From assembly GCA_026770705.1 (NCBI GenBank), contig JANJGN010000036.1, positions 2,728,001 through 2,792,000 of the forward strand: a DNA stretch of 64,000 bases, given 5' to 3'. The DNA is from Isurus oxyrinchus. Its lineage: Eukaryota. The notes under the pieces are model-generated. The model saw nothing but the letters and a program-made list of their open reading frames with translations, ran no database searches and was not told the origin of the DNA. Shown here piece by piece: positions 1 through 14,200 of the stretch (the first letter of the stretch is position 1; every line of letters begins with the position of its first letter). The translations under genes were made by a program, and so were the position numbers.

Positions 1-1344
1 TCGGTGCTGGAGAGGGTGAACGTTTGAGGTTTTGGATGAGGTGTCGCTCAAGCAGACTGGCCCAGGGACAGACTGGGTAAGAATCTCATACCTAGGAAAC
101 AGATTGAAATGAGCAACATTGACATAACTAATCAAGAGAAAACACCCATAAGTTTCCTGTCTAACAGGTGATTAATTAAATGGAACTTATTTTACACCTT
201 TTCTGAATGTTCAAATGACCCCCTTTGCTGCTGTAGAGAAGTGATGGAAACACCTGAATCGTTCGATAACTAACCTCCCGTTAACTGGGTACCGTATGAA
301 GTGGGCGGATTGGAAAACTTAATCTTTCCTCTAGACAGAGTTAACTTTTCTCAGTGAAGGTCAGAAAGTCTATGCAGTTTGAAGCGTGTTGAAGTACCTC
401 AGGGCGCCACATACCGTTTTGAAAGAGATAGAACAGCATTGCACTTTATCACAAAGCGAAACAACCATGTTATGTAGCTTAGCATATGGAATGAAAAAAG
501 TATATTTTTGGACCACTAAAGGATTACACAGTTTGCAGTGGTTTGCTGCACTACAGGACGTTAGTTGATGTTTGTCTCATTGTGCATCCCTCGGAACGGC
601 AAGATGAAGCCCAGACTCCTTCTCGCCAAAGTCCACCCTCTCTCTTTCCACAGCTGCTTCGCAAAGACAAATTGCAGCATTTAGCCGGCCCTCTTCTCCA
701 TTTAATCGCAGGCCGATCGTTTTTTATTTTAATTTCCCCCCCTTCCCTGTTCATTGTTTGAAACTTGGAAAGTGAGTAAAACTTTGTAGCTCTGGTCTGA
801 AGCATTAAGTCAGTGAGATCACACAGAAAGACAAAGAGTTAGTCAGGTCTTTGAATTACAAAGACCTGTCTTGTAAATGTCAACTCTATTTGTAAACGTG
901 GTGATCAACCTACTTTATTGGAAGAAATTAATTTGGATTACATCTTATGGAATGTCAGATATTAAGGGTTGCCTAAGCACTTTTATAAATTTTCATTAAT
1001 AAAGTGTATTTTTTGAGAAAGAAATACTTTTCTGCAAATCCCTCAACCCCTGACAAAGTCTCATGTCTCCCGCCTGATAAGTCTTCAAAATTATTTGATT
1101 TTTTGCATATGGATTTGCAAGGATTTATTGATCGGTTTTGAGTTCAGTGAAACTTTGCTCACTTCCACATCTCCTCCTTGGAAAATACACCAGATTTAGT
1201 CCAGTTGAAATGATTTGCGAAAGTAAAGTTCCTTTTTGTCCTCTAACTGGCTGCTGAAGTTTGGAAATTGCAACGCAAATGCGGTGGGTTCTTTGGCAAA
1301 TCTTTTCTCCTGCACAATTCATCAGAGTGAGTTCACCCGGATTC

Positions 1345-1422
1345 TCATCTGCCACCTAACTTTTTTGATCTATTTCCCAATGCAGCAAACTCCAGGGAGG
1401 CTAAGTGAGGTCCTCCCCGAGA
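1345..1422 (-). pseudogene. Orphan type II terminal exon relic
   Basis: GPHLASLEFAALGNRSKKLGGR*, homologous to the 42.4 and 46.4 kb exons. Acceptor and Tyr are mutated. Downstream sequence is also homologous. Confidence 0.55.
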
Positions 1423-4400
1423 GTAGGAAACATACTAAACATTACCATTAAAAGGAAATAAAAGACATTTCAGGTAATTTATATTCCTCCATAATTTAGC
1501 AAAGTCTTACGAGATTTTCTATGCGTCATGTTAAAAAATACCGAGATCTACCTCCACACTGAAGTTTTCGCTGCGTTGATGTTCCTGCCATTTGACTTTG
1601 ATATTGTCCTCCCTCTTGGTGATTCCCTGATGATTTACCCCCTGCCTTGCAGTATCTGCGGTCCGCCAGCAGAGGGCCAGATTGTATCACTTTAATCAAA
1701 GGATGGAGCATCATCTTCACCTTGTTCTTGTTTTGTGATGGAGAAGCATGTTTGCGGAGAAGGCGTTTGGCCCTTTTTAATTCATTCATTCGTCCAGAGA
1801 CAAAAGATCACCCATTGCCACCACCCCTGCTGCTTCAGACATGACTTTAGGCTTTTCAACTCCAATGCCAAATAAGTTCCAGAACTGAAATTTTATATTT
1901 TTTGCCCTGGAATTATTTTCCTCTTTAGGTATTTATCTGAATTCCATTTGACAGACAATAATGATCGGCCCAGGCTTGGAGGGCCGAAGGGCCTGTTCCT
2001 GTGCTGTACTTCTCTCTGTTCCTTGTTCTGTAATAGAGAAGCTCATTTCAGAGAGATATACGGAGACAGAGACTAACAGATAAAGGATGAGATTGTGCTG
2101 TACATGTTTCAGAGTTGACGCTACGACAACCGGGTAGCATAGCAGCAGATGTGAATGAATCGTTCCCTTTTGCCTGTAGTGTAATAGATATGTGCAAGAT
2201 CTGGCAGGCAAAGCTTTATAATTACATACCACGTATAACTGTAATAAAACGCCATGAGATGTTTCACCAGAGCCTTTTGGAGCAGAATTTGACACCAAGA
2301 GATTAGTCTCAATGATCAGTTTCTTCAAAGCGGCCGGTTTTACAGAGCGTCTTCAATGAGGAAAGGGAAATGTAGTGGGGAAGGGAGTTCGAGGCAATGA
2401 ATTTCACACTTCGTGTTTTGGAAGCCAAGTCAAGGCCAACAATGATCACAGAAGCACAGAGTCATCGTATCTGCACTGGCTCTCTGAAAGAGCATTTGGG
2501 CTGGATCCACTCCCCTGCCTTATCTCCGTAACCCTGCACTTTCACATCATTCTGGCAATGGGTTATCAAATTTGGGGGCCGTCAAGAAGACAGAATTCGA
2601 GGGACCCTCATATTGGAGGATTGTGCAACTGGAAGAGGTTACAGGTTCGGAAGAGTTCTTTGGGGAATCCATTTCCAAACTGCTACCATCTTTCGTGTTT
2701 CGAAGTGTTTCTTATTTTCTCTCATGCAACGGTTTGCTACAACTGTTAAATGTTAGACTGTTCCCGTAGCCCTAGATTCCCCCAGCAGTGGAAATAGTGT
2801 CTTTCAATTTGCCCTATCATTTTCCATTATTAGCTTGAAAACTTTGACCAACTCACATTTGCTTCTAAATTCCGGGGATAACGTGTGAATTAATTCATTG
2901 CATGTAAAGCATTCTGCACCATTCATCTCGAGCTTGTGTAAAGGATTTTTCTGAAATTCTCAAACAATCATTTTTGTGTTGTTTTAGATAGGGCGGTGTG
3001 AGTTTGAGGTTAAAATTAAATATTCAGTGATAATTTAAATTCATTTTACTGCAGACCTGATAGCAGTTGGGAGCTGGGGTTGAAATTCCTGCTGTCTCTC
3101 TATTTTCCTCGAGCATTCTCTTCTCTCTCTGTTAATTCGCCTCAGAGAAATACAGCAACATGATGTCATTAACGGGGTATTTGAAAGAACATTCCAATCA
3201 AGATTACACACAGACAAGATGCAGAGAGGGAGATGAAGATACACCGAGAGAGATACAGAGACACAAAAAGAGAAATAAAAAGATAGGGGTCAATGTGAAA
3301 AATGTTTCGCTGCCTTGTGTTTCCAGAAATCTTCACCGAAAACAAGTCTATCTCACCGTGACCGCATTCCATGTGAGATGGTGCTGTGTGTACAGTGCCT
3401 GCGCCCTCTTCCACCCACTGCAAGAATGAAATCACTTTGTAAAAAAACAGGTTGGAGAGAAAGAAGGGGATGGGAGCCGGGGGAAGGATGACAAAGAGAG
3501 AGAGAGAAAAACATTTAAGGCAGCAAAACAGATGGGAGGCGTGTTGGAGGTTTGTGTGGTAGGGGAAATAGAAACAACCTTTAATGGAATGACAGCTCCC
3601 GAGGCCCTGGAATTGATTTGCTAAATGTGAAGCTGTGGAAACACTTGTTAGAATCCCTGAATAGCTTCTGTGTTGCGGACATAGTAACGAATTGGGCTTT
3701 GAAATTTAATGTGCTTTGAGGAGGGTGAGTAATTTGAATTCAGTTCATAATATTTTCTGAAAAGCCTCGCAAAAAGTCTTCCAAAGGGGACAGAGGCTTC
3801 TTCCCAGTTGGAAAGCGGGAGGTTATTCCTTTCTGGGGTGACTGGGGTTGGGGGCCGGGGAAGGCGGGAAAAACTGCATATTATTACATTGCTGCAGTGG
3901 GATCTTGCTGTGTACATGTTGCCCACAACATTCTCTGCAGTAAAACCGTGGCGACACGACCCAAATCTAGTTTAGTGAGTTGTAATTGTGGATTCTCAGT
4001 ACAAAACATGATTACAGTGTCATGCATCAACAGTTAAAATGGTAAGACAGAAAGTCACAGAAAGCATTTGAAGCAAAATTCATCCCAAGTTATTGGAAAA
4101 AGAACAGAGCCACGGATGGATTTATCGAGAGCAGGGGGAAGAGAAATTTGAGCAGAGTTGTAGGGCTAGAGAGAGATGGGGAGAGAAACAGCGAGGCAGG
4201 ACTCTGTGCAAGAAGTGTGAGATCCATTGTCTAACATCGTATATACAACAGCACGAACCCTGGATTGATCGGGAAGAGTGGTGTGGGGGCGGGGATGGGG
4301 GCGTAGTGAATGGGCGAGGGATACAAGGGAATAATCAGTGTTTGCCTGTTATACAATGAGACAGAAAATACATCTGGAGGCAACAGATTCAACGCAGAGG

Positions 4401-5419
4401 TAGAGGTACAGACTCTTTGTGTGTAGATGGGAATGGGTCTGGGATAGTGTTCCAGTGTTTGTTGATGGTCCAGATTCTGGAGAAAGCCCCCCCGCCCTCC
4501 CCACCCCCCACCTTCCAACAGCCCCCGACCCTTCCCCCCCACATCAACACCCACCCACCCACCCCCCCCCCCCCCCCCCCCCACCTATTCCACACACACC
4601 CTCCTCCATTCCAGGGTGTGTAATGTATTATTTTTTAATTGAATACTGGGACAGTCATTTGGCATTGGCACCTTCATTTCATTTGAAATCTGTTCCCATT
4701 GTCTGCTTTCAATATCAGGGCATGCGTTTTACAATGGCGTCCCCTGAGATTGAAATGTCAGTGAGTGAGAGGAGTCCTGGGATCTTGCTCACTCTTTTCG
4801 TTTCCATAATATGTGCTTTTGTTTGATTAATTTCCATGTTCTCTCTCTCCCCCGAGCCGAATTTATTTGGAAACTGCACTTCCTGACGAGGCAAAGAGAG
4901 AATACTTTTCCGACCAGGAATCCTCGGACAAGAGCTGTAACGAGAGGAGGAACTCTTAATAAATGTATATGTCACGTTGTCATCCATTTCTCTACACAGA
5001 GAAAAGTCTTATATTTAAGGTAGTTTTTGCAATTTTCACAGTAAGACTCAGGGTCTGCGGGATGCGGTGAACTCAGAGGTAAGACTTTTGAGACTCGCTG
5101 CTGTAGAGGGAGCCCAAAGTAATTCCATAGATTTCAATCCCTCCATTTCTTCCTGTAACACTGCATCATCTTTCACGTTCATAGCTGTTTCCCCACATCT
5201 TCAAATTTCTCCCTCTCTCCACATCATTTATCTCCCTCACTCTCTAAGAAAATTTAGACAAATCATTTTCTTAACCACTTTGGATATTTGTCCTCTCTCC
5301 CTTTCTGAACCATGTTCAGTGTCTCTCCCCACGCCCACCGCAATCCCTTCACCATCGACCCCCACGACAAACGCTATTTGTCTCATTATTTACTTGTCCA
5401 TGTATCATTTCGTATTATT

Positions 5420-5730
5420 GTCTTTTTTAGAAAATCATTCACGTGATGTGCACGTCACTGGCTAATCTGGCATTTATTGCCCATCCCTCACTGCCCCTTG
5501 AGAAGGAGGTGGTGAGCTGCCTTCTTGAACCGCTCCAGTCCCTGTGGTATTGGTACACCCACAGTGCTGTTAAGGAGGGAGTTCCAGGATTTTGAACCAG
5601 CTACACTGTAAGAAGGAATATTTTCAAGTCAGTGTGGTGAGTGGTTTGGAGGGGTAGTTCCAGGTGGTGGTGCTCCCACTGATCTGTTGCCCTTGTCTTT
5701 CTATGTGGTATTGGTCTTGGGTTTGGAATG
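5420..5730 (-). mobile_element. Retroelement 3' fragment sharing the HE1-like tail
   Basis: catttattgcccatccctcactgccccttgagaaggaggtggtgagctgcc; another copy at 51390-51660. Confidence 0.5.
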
Positions 5731-5914
5731 AATATTTAGGGAAGGAGGATATTTTTACTGAATGTTTAAAATGATGATTTTCCAACAGAGACTGAATAAT
5801 GATGCGAATATCATTTTACACAGAAGATCAGAGATAGGCTGACAGCGGTGGGGTTGGAGAGGAGGACAGAATGATTAATACTTTCAGGTCAAAAGGAGAG
5901 GAGATCATTCAAAT

Positions 5915-6305
5915 TCTGATCTGTTCACATGAAAGGGGCGAATCAGGCAGTGTTCCATTGAGGGAGCGGGGGAATCAGACAGGGATCTACTCACGTGGGG
6001 TGGTGGGGAGGGATTGATGCATGATCTGTTCACAGGTAAGAAGTGAATCAGGTAGTGATCAATTCACAGCGTGAGGAATGAAGGCAGGGATTTGTTCACA
6101 GGGTGGTGGCAAATCAGACAGTGGCCTATACACAAGATGTGACAATCATACAGAGACCTGTTCACCTGGGGCGGGGGTGAATCAGACAAGGACCTGTTCA
6201 CGGGGGCGGAAATCAAGACAGGGGTTCAGCCCACCGGGAGCATGATATCAGATAGGGATCGGTTCACAGGGTGGTGGGAAATCAGGTAGTTTTCTGTTCA
6301 TATGG
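5915..6305 (+). repeat. Degenerate about 31-bp minisatellite
   Basis: About 12 units of gaatcagacagggatctgttcacagggtgg. Confidence 0.7.
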
Positions 6306-6569
6306 ATGGGGAGTTATCCGCGAGAAGCTTCGGCGGGAGAATCATCCAGGGGATGTTTTAGGTGGGGGTTAATTATCTAGGGTGCAGTTATGGCGGGGGT
6401 AATGTAGAAATATCCAGGGGACAGATTGCTTGGTATGGAGGCAGACACTAGGTATGTAAGCAGTATGTCTCAAAAACTGCTGGATGATATCAGATAGAAA
6501 GTCCCTTCTGCAGTTCACAGCGGGCAAGGTACAGATCGGACACAACCAGCCCGCTCTTTCAAAATTCAA

Positions 6570-7120
6570 AACACAGTGCCCAAAGTTTGACGTGACCCTG
6601 CGATTGGACAATGTTTGCTAAATAATCCTCAGCGTGCAAAATATTACACTGATAACCAATTTAAGATTGGCAGTCCTGCTCGTAATGAGGCACGTTTTTG
6701 TGTACTGGAAGCTACATACATTTATACACAGGAACCCTTGCAGACAGAAAGAACAAACACCCACATTACGCCTGTTTCAGCTGAACAAAATAAGTGATCA
6801 CCATTCGCTGTTTTATTCCTCAGTGCAATACCTTGACCAATCAGAGTCAAGCTGCCTGTTTTAAATTTAGAACTATGTTTGACAGTTAACTTTCAGTCAC
6901 CATCACTGGTGCATCCTCCATGGCAACGCCCCTACCGACCAGAGCCCACTCGCTAACCAATCAGCACTCTCTTCTCATTATGCACAGAGTTGTTGCTTCC
7001 CCGACATTGGTATTCTTGCGATTGTCCTGATGAGTGCAAGACTTCTACAAGAGTGGAAAACTTGAACAAAATCTCTTTTTCCAGAGATACTCAAATTCTG
7101 TGCTAGCAAACTACTACTCA
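6570..7120 (+). mobile_element. Penelope-like element 3' end of a different family
   Basis: LLNNPQRAKYYTDNQFKI...VLEATYIYTQEPL resembles the C-terminus of a PLE GIY-YIG domain. It is followed by CTGATGAG at 7027. Confidence 0.55.
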
Positions 7121-9389
7121 CTCTCTTTCAGTACAGCATGTGGTGCTCTAGGGTACTTCAATAGACTGGCAGCTTGATTAGGTGTACAGTTCTCATTTCA
7201 TATCAAACATTTTCTGCTGCTTTGTGTGACAGAGGTCAGACTGACAGCGCAGAACATTATCAGGAGGGCACCTGGATAGGTCGCCAGGTAATAAACAAGT
7301 GTCAGATCTACTCAGCTTGCACCTTTGAAGAAAATGGTTTTTGACTTTTAGTTTTGCATTTATTTTCTCACCTCCCTAATTCCCACTGAAACCATGATGT
7401 CTGCTCACAGCTAAGATATGTAAGGACGATCTTTGTATCGCACTAACTCACCTGTCTTCTATTGATTCACTGGGGTATTCAAATTAAACATGAACTGCAA
7501 ACATAACAGGTCACTTCAAAATGCAGAACAAGCTTTCGAAGGATGACAATGGCAATTCATCTTATGCTGCTTCCATTACTAAGAGCAATTCACACCCAGG
7601 TGGGTCACGGTGGTCGGATGGACTATACAAATCACAATTTCTTGGACCCTAGGCACCCGGCCTAAATATGCAGAACCAGCAAAGAACTGGAGGACAGAAA
7701 CTTACTTTAAATGTATTTATTCTTTCACAGGATGTGGGCATCGCTGGCTGGGTCAGCACTTATTTCCCATCCCTAATTCATTCTGCTGGGTTCTGTCATA
7801 ATCACAGACTCAAACATACAGACATAGACACACACTCACACTCTTTCACTCTCACACGCATGGAAACAGACGACCATGCTCTCAGAAATACACTCTCTCA
7901 CAAACATACACGCTTACACAGTCACCCTCTCTCTCTCTCTCACACATATGTTCTCTCACACACACTTCCTGTCAAAAACTCGATTACACCCATACACTCT
8001 CTAACACACACTCTCTCACACACACAAACACATGCACTCTCTGACACACAAGTTCTCTCACGCACACGTCCTGTCACAAATTACACACATACCTCTCTCT
8101 CTCACACACACACTCTCACACACACACACACACATCCGCCCTCTCATGCACATGCACTCCCACACGTTCTCACAGGGAAACATTCTCACACAGACACTTG
8201 TACAACATCTAGGGTCACAGTGATAGTGGCCATTATTCTGCTTTTTATCCTCCTCTCCAGCCTCTTTCTATCTTCCATTCAACTCATTTGAATTGTATCG
8301 AACAGTAGGAACCCGTAAGCATTTGAAAAATGTTTACAGATGACTCAGCCATTCTGACAATTGGAATCCTTCTCTAATCTGTGCAGTCGAGATTTTGGTT
8401 CACAGACTTTCGCCAGCGAAGATCAAGTTGTGTTTCCTCCTTGATCTGAAATGGTGCATCTTATGAATTCACAACCTAGATAATCAAGCTCACAAACAAT
8501 CGATAATACTTTACTGACTTTATTAACTGCGATAATACAGACTAAACCAAATAGCAAATATTGAATGAATTCATCAAAGACCTTTTAGATATAAAGTTGG
8601 GGATAATTGGTAAAGTATGTAATAGGAGCAGTGGCTTCCATAGTTTAAGTTTCACAAAGCATTTCTAACAACAATCAAGTTAGCAAGACCATTACAATGA
8701 AAGGAAGGGCTGGTGCTAATTTCCAGGGGAATTGAACTGAAAAGCAGGAGAACCTGATGAAACGTAAATGTAACCTTGCTTATGGCACACACAGCCTACT
8801 GTTGGCAACATGTAATTATGGCATTTAAGGAAAGGAATAGGAAGGTTTACAATCAACTTTGGGAGATTCGGAGGCGCAGAGGTCAGAGTTAAAGTATTAA
8901 AAGAAGCTGAGAGGAAAAGGGAGGGAAATTTCAAATGCATAGTGCAGTTTCGTGCACTATCCCCGAAGCAACCTTCAAAATAAATATCCCGCAGAGGACG
9001 TCTTGCATCATATACCAAAAATGAAGTTTTTGTATATTATTCCAACAGCTGAATAAATTCAGCTCTTTTGTATCCTGTCGGATCGTCTAGCCTCTGTTAG
9101 ATTGGGGCCAACTGTGTATTAATGGTTTAGGTATAAACTGAAACTTTATGCCAGTCTGGATAATCTATAATCATTTACAGAAACACTGCATGATAAATAC
9201 TCAAATGTTCCCCAATAAGTCAATGTTCCACCAACATTGCACTGTTTCCACAACATGAAGATGGATGGGCATGGACAATGTGCACGATACGACCGCCTTC
9301 CTTCTCCCACCCCTGCAATGGCCATTTCTATTTGTTCACCTGATATAATTTTGCCAATGTTAGACTCATTGGGCGGTTACAGCACAGAA

Positions 9390-10250
9390 GAGCCAATTCA
9401 GCCTTTTGTGTCCATGTTGGGTCTCTGAAGGAGGAAATCACTTGGTCCACCCCCTCCCCATCCCCGCCGTTTCCCCATAGCCCTGGAAATTATTTTTCTT
9501 TCTATTTTCTCATAATTATCCAGTTTCCTCATTCAGGACCCTTCCACCAATGGCAACAGTTTATCCCTATCCACTGCCTTCAGACACTTCTTGATTTTTA
9601 ATATCCCTATCAAATCTCCTCTCAACCTTCTCTCCTCCCAGGGAAAAAAAGCGCCAATTTCCCCACACTAACTTTGGAACTGAATTTCCGTATCCTTGGA
9701 AACATTCTCGAAAATCTTGTCTGCAGCCTCTCGATAGCCGTCACTCCTTTCCCAACGTGTGGCGCCTAGAACTGGGCACACTACTCCGGCCGAGGCTGAA
9801 ATCAATCTTTGTATGCAGCTTTCGTATAAATTTGTGCTTTTGTACTTTGTGCCCGTGTTAATAAAATCCAGAATCCCCTGCGCTTTATCTACTGCTCCAT
9901 CAACCTATTCCGTCATATTAAATGATCTGAACACGTGTACAACCAGATGACCCTGTTCCTGAACCGCTTTTAGAATCGCAAGCTTTATTTAATATTGCCT
10001 CACCTCTTTTTTCCTAAAAAAACGGATCACTTCACACTTCTGTGTATTAAGTTTAATCTGCCGCCTGTCAGCCCATTCCACCATCCTGTCTGTGTTCACT
10101 TGAAGTCGATCACTTCCACGTTTTGTGTCAATCGCTAATTTTGAATCTGTACCCTGTACACCATTGTCTAGGACAATAATATATATTAAGAAAAGCGCGG
10201 GCCCTCAAAACCAAGTCGTGGGGAACCCCAATCCATATTTCCCTGCAGTC
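9390..10250 (-). mobile_element. Old CR1 LINE fragment
   Basis: Degenerate reverse complement of the CR1 RT C-terminal region and 3' tail. Confidence 0.55.
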
Positions 10251-10684
10251 TCCATTAATAACCAATAATTGACCGTTTTATGGGGCTAACAGACCGGAGA
10301 GTGGTTTCACAATATATTGATGGCGGGAAATGCACTTCTTAATCTCATGAATTTCCAGAATTTGATTTTTAATTGGCACAAAAATGTCTGTCAATCTGAC
10401 CTGTTTGACTCTCAATCCGCACTGCACTTGACCCTCTCTCGCTCTCTCGAACTGGATTCGAACAAAAATATCAATGAAGTATTTGGTCTTCTAATACCTG
10501 GCTGATGTGACAGAAAAAATCTGATGCAGAAAATCGTCGATCCGTCTTAGATTCAAACTTGAGAGATCATAGAGCATGTCAGCGTATTTCATGGAGTTAA
10601 TGTTGGGGTTGGACTGGGTTACACCAAGTGTTAAATATAGAGAGGGTGTTCGGTTTAAACATTTCAAATGGCCCAGTTACTCAC

Positions 10685-10911
10685 TTTTCATTGTGGGATA
10701 TTTGCCTCGTTCTCCTGAGAGTAGAATCTGTAAGTAGCAAGTTGAAACAGCGAGAAGGGACATTGGACAACCAGTTGTGAAATTGCCCCTGATAAACATC
10801 CATCCTGACCTGATCTGCCGGTTCTTTGTGTCCCAATTAAAATGAGATTCAAGAGTAGAACTGGGATCGCCGCCACCATTCTCACAACATTACAATTTGG
10901 AATTCACCATC
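10685..10911 (-). pseudogene. Relic Z: orphan type II TM exon (10810-10911) and following cytoplasmic exon (about 10685-10727)
   Basis: 102-nt exon tctctgcag|GATGGTGA...GGCAGATCAG|gtcagg is homologous to the F TM exon, with the Cys codon changed to TGA. Flanking introns resemble 48.6-49.2 kb. Confidence 0.72.
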
Positions 10912-11867
10912 CTGCAGAGACAAAACAATTATCAACTGCGCCAAAACCTGGAAAAGCTCAGCACGCCTGACAGCATCTGTGGAGAGCGATACAGTTGACG
11001 TTTCGGGACAGTATGAACCTTTATCACAACTAAAACATACAGAAATGAGATGAAATATAAGCTGGTAGAAGGGGGTGGGATAGGAGAGCTCGACAGGGGG
11101 CCAGTGATAGGCGGAGGCCCAGAAGGGACTGGCAAACATGTCAAAGGCAAAAGGACAAAGGGCTGTTCTCCCTATTTCTAACCTAGTTAAATGGTGACTT
11201 TTGGGACATTCATCTATCTTCCTATCTCTGGACCTCTCTCTGTCCCTCCCTTATTCTCTCTTTCTCGCTCTGTCTCTAACGAACGCTATCTCTATCCTTT
11301 TCGATCCAGTTAAACACTTCTGTATAAGTCTTATTCTCTTTCTATCACAGTCCCTTCATCTCCTTATCTCTATCTGTATATCGATCTAACCATCTCTCCA
11401 TCCATCTCCCCATCCATCTCTATGATCCGCTTCTCCCACTCTCCTAAATCTCCCACTCTCGCTCTCCCCTCTCTCCCCATCTCTCCCTCTTCCCCACTCT
11501 CTCCTTCTCTCCCCCTGTCCCTCTCTCCCCATTTCTCCCTCTCCCTCTCACGAACTTACCCTCTCTCCTCTATCTCCATCTCTCTCTCTCCCCTGCTCCC
11601 TCCCCATCTCTCCCTCTCTCTGTCGTTCCCTCCTTCCCCAAATCTCCGTCTCCTCCCCTCTCTGACTCTACCTCTCTTCACATCTCTCCTATCTCCTTCT
11701 TTGACTCTCTCTCCTCTGCTTCCCCTCCCGCCCATTCTCACCTCTCTCCCCCTCGTCAACTGTTTCTCTCTGTATTTCTATCAGTGATCTGCTCTGTCGA
11801 TCACTCTCTATCCATCTATCTCTGTCTGAACATTTATTTGCTGGTAAAACAGTGTTCTATATACCTC

Positions 11868-14200
11868 TAAAAAACAGAATTACCTGGAAATACTCAGTAG
11901 GTCTGGCAGCATCGGCAGAGAAGGAAAGAGTTGACGTTTCGAGTCCTCATGAACCTTTAACAGAACTGAATGAATATTAGGAGAGGGGTGAAATATAAAC
12001 TGGTTTAAGGTGAGGTGGGGGTGTGGGGAGAGAAGTGGGAGGGGAGGTGTGGTTCTAGGGACAAGCAAGCAGTGATAGGTGCAGTTAATCACAAGATGTC
12101 ACAGAAAAAACAACAAAGAAGTGTTGAAGGTGGTGATATTATCTAAATGAATGTGCTAATTAAGAATGGATGCTCGGGCACTCAACGTACAGCTCAACTG
12201 GCGGTGGGGTGGAAAGACTAGCAGGGCATAAAAGATTTAAAAATAATGGAAAAAGCGGGAAAAGAAAAATCTATATAAATTATTGGAAAAATCAAAAGGA
12301 ACGGGGAAGAAACGGAAAGGGGGTGGGGATGGAGGAGCGAGTTCAAGACCTAAAGTCGTTGAAATCAATATTTAGTCCAGAAGGCTGTAAAGTGCCTAGT
12401 CAGAAAATGAGGTGCTGTTCCTCCAGTTTGCTCTGGGCTTCACTGGAACAATGCAGCAGGCCAAGGATGGACATGTGGGCAAGAGAGCAGGGTGGAGTGC
12501 TAAAATGGCAAGCGACATGGAGGTTTGGGTCTTTCTCGCAGACAGACACAGGTGTTCTGCAAAGCGGTCGCCCTGTTTACGTTTGGTGTCTCCAATGTAG
12601 AGGAGACCCCATTGGGAGCAACGAAAGCAGGAGACTAAGTTGGGGAAAATGCAAGTGAAATGCTGCTTCACTTGAAAGGAGTGTTTGGACTCTTGGACGG
12701 TGAGGAGAGAGGAAGTGAAGGGGCAGGTGTTGCATCTTTTGCGTGGGCATGGGCAGGTGCCATAGGTGGGTGTTGAGGAGTAGGGGGTGATGGAGGAGTG
12801 GACCAGGGTGTCCCAGAGGGAACAATCCTTACAGAATGCTGCCGGGGAGGTGAAGGGGAGCTATGTTTGGTGGTGCCATCATGCTGGAGTTGGTGGAAAT
12901 GGGAGAGGATGATCCTTTGAATGCAGAGACTGGTGGGGTGATAAGTGAGGACAAGTGGGACCCTATCATGTTTCTTGGAGGGAGGAGAAAGCATAAGGGT
13001 GGATGTGCGGGAGATGGTCTGGACACGGTTGACGGCTCTGCCAACAACCGTGGATGGAAAACCTCGGTTAGGGAAGAAGGAGGACATGTCAGAGGAACTG
13101 TTTTTGAAGGTAGCCTCATCAGAACAGATGTGACGGAGGTGAAGGAACTGAGAGAATGGGATGGAGTCCTTACAGGAAGCTGGGTGCGAGGAGATGTAGT
13201 CGAGGTAGCTGTGGGGGTCGGTAGTCTTGTAATGGATATTGGTGGACAGTCTATCACCAGAAATTGAGACAGAGAGGTCAAGGAAGGGAAGGGAAGTGTC
13301 AGAGATGGACCACGTGAAAATGATAGAGGGATGGAGATTGGAAGCAAAATTTAAAAAGTAACCATCGATGTACCAGAGAAAGAGTTGTGGGAGGGGGCCG
13401 GAGTCGGACTGGAACAAGGAATGTTCCACATACCACATAAAGAGAGAGGCATAGCTGGTGCCCATGCGGGTACCCATAGCCACACCTTTTATTTGGAGGA
13501 AGTGAGAGGAGTTGAAGGAGAAATTGTTCAGTGTGAGAACAAGTTCAGCCAGGCGGAGGAGAGTAGTGGTGGATGGGGATTGTTTGGGCCTCTGTTCGAG
13601 GAAGAAGTTAAGGGCCCTCAGATCATCCTGGTGGCGGATGGAGGTGTAAAGGAATTGGAAGTCATTGGTGAAGAGGAAGCGGTTGGGGCCAGGGAACTGG
13701 AAATTGTTGATGCGACGTAAGGTGTCAGAGGATTCACAGATATAGGTGGGAAGGGACTGGGCAAGGGGAGAGAAATGGGATTCAAGATAACAAGAAATGA
13801 GTTCCGTGGAACAGGAACAGTCTACCAGGACAGTCCTGTTTGTGGATTTTGGGTAGGAGGTAGAAGCGGGCCGTCCTAGGTTGTGCGGCTATCAGGTTGG
13901 AAGCTGTGGGAGGACGATCTCCAGAGGAGGTGAGGTCAGTGACAGTCCTGGAAACAATGGCTTGATGTTCGGTGGTGGGGTCATGGTCCAGGGAGAGGTA
14001 GGAGGAAGTGTCTGTGAGTTGACGCTCAGCCTCCACGAGGTAGAGGTCAGTGCGCCAGACAACAGCAGCATCACCCTTGTCAGCGGGATGGTGACAATGC
14101 TGGAGTTGGAGCTGAGAGAACGGAGTGCAGTAAGTTCAGAGAGAGAGAGATTAGTATGGCTGAGAGGAGCAGAGAAATTGAGATGACTCATGTCATGACG
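11868..14200 (-). mobile_element. Penelope-like retroelement, decayed (RT + GIY-YIG endonuclease)
   Basis: Minus-strand ORF pieces PRTARFYLLPKIHK, AMGTRMGTSYASLFM, FLWYIDGYF, LPFLDLSVSIS, and CFRCSQWGLLYIGDTKRKQGDRFAEHL (YIG). Frameshifts and an internal deletion are present. Confidence 0.85.

Noticed and set aside
1526-1789. Minus-strand ORF upstream of the 1.4-kb terminal exon relic as a cytoplasmic exon
   Set aside because: A possible donor lies near 1551, but there is no clear acceptor or homology to F exons.
5915-6305. Repeat-spacer-like array as CRISPR
   Set aside because: Eukaryotic context, degenerate repeats, very short linkers and no cas genes.
7668-8291. 207-aa His/Thr-rich ORF with a hydrophobic C-terminus
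   Set aside because: It is a translation of a CA/CT microsatellite. The hydrophobic tail has no convincing splice donor or similarity to the family TM exons.
11422-11787. Pro/Ser/Leu-rich ORFs (also 55881-56447, 21502-21996, 4231-4826)
   Set aside because: Low-complexity CT or poly-C tracts.
12668-13483. 271-aa ORF as an active reverse transcriptase
   Set aside because: The catalytic YIDD reads YIDG with an adjacent deletion, and flanking parts are frameshifted.
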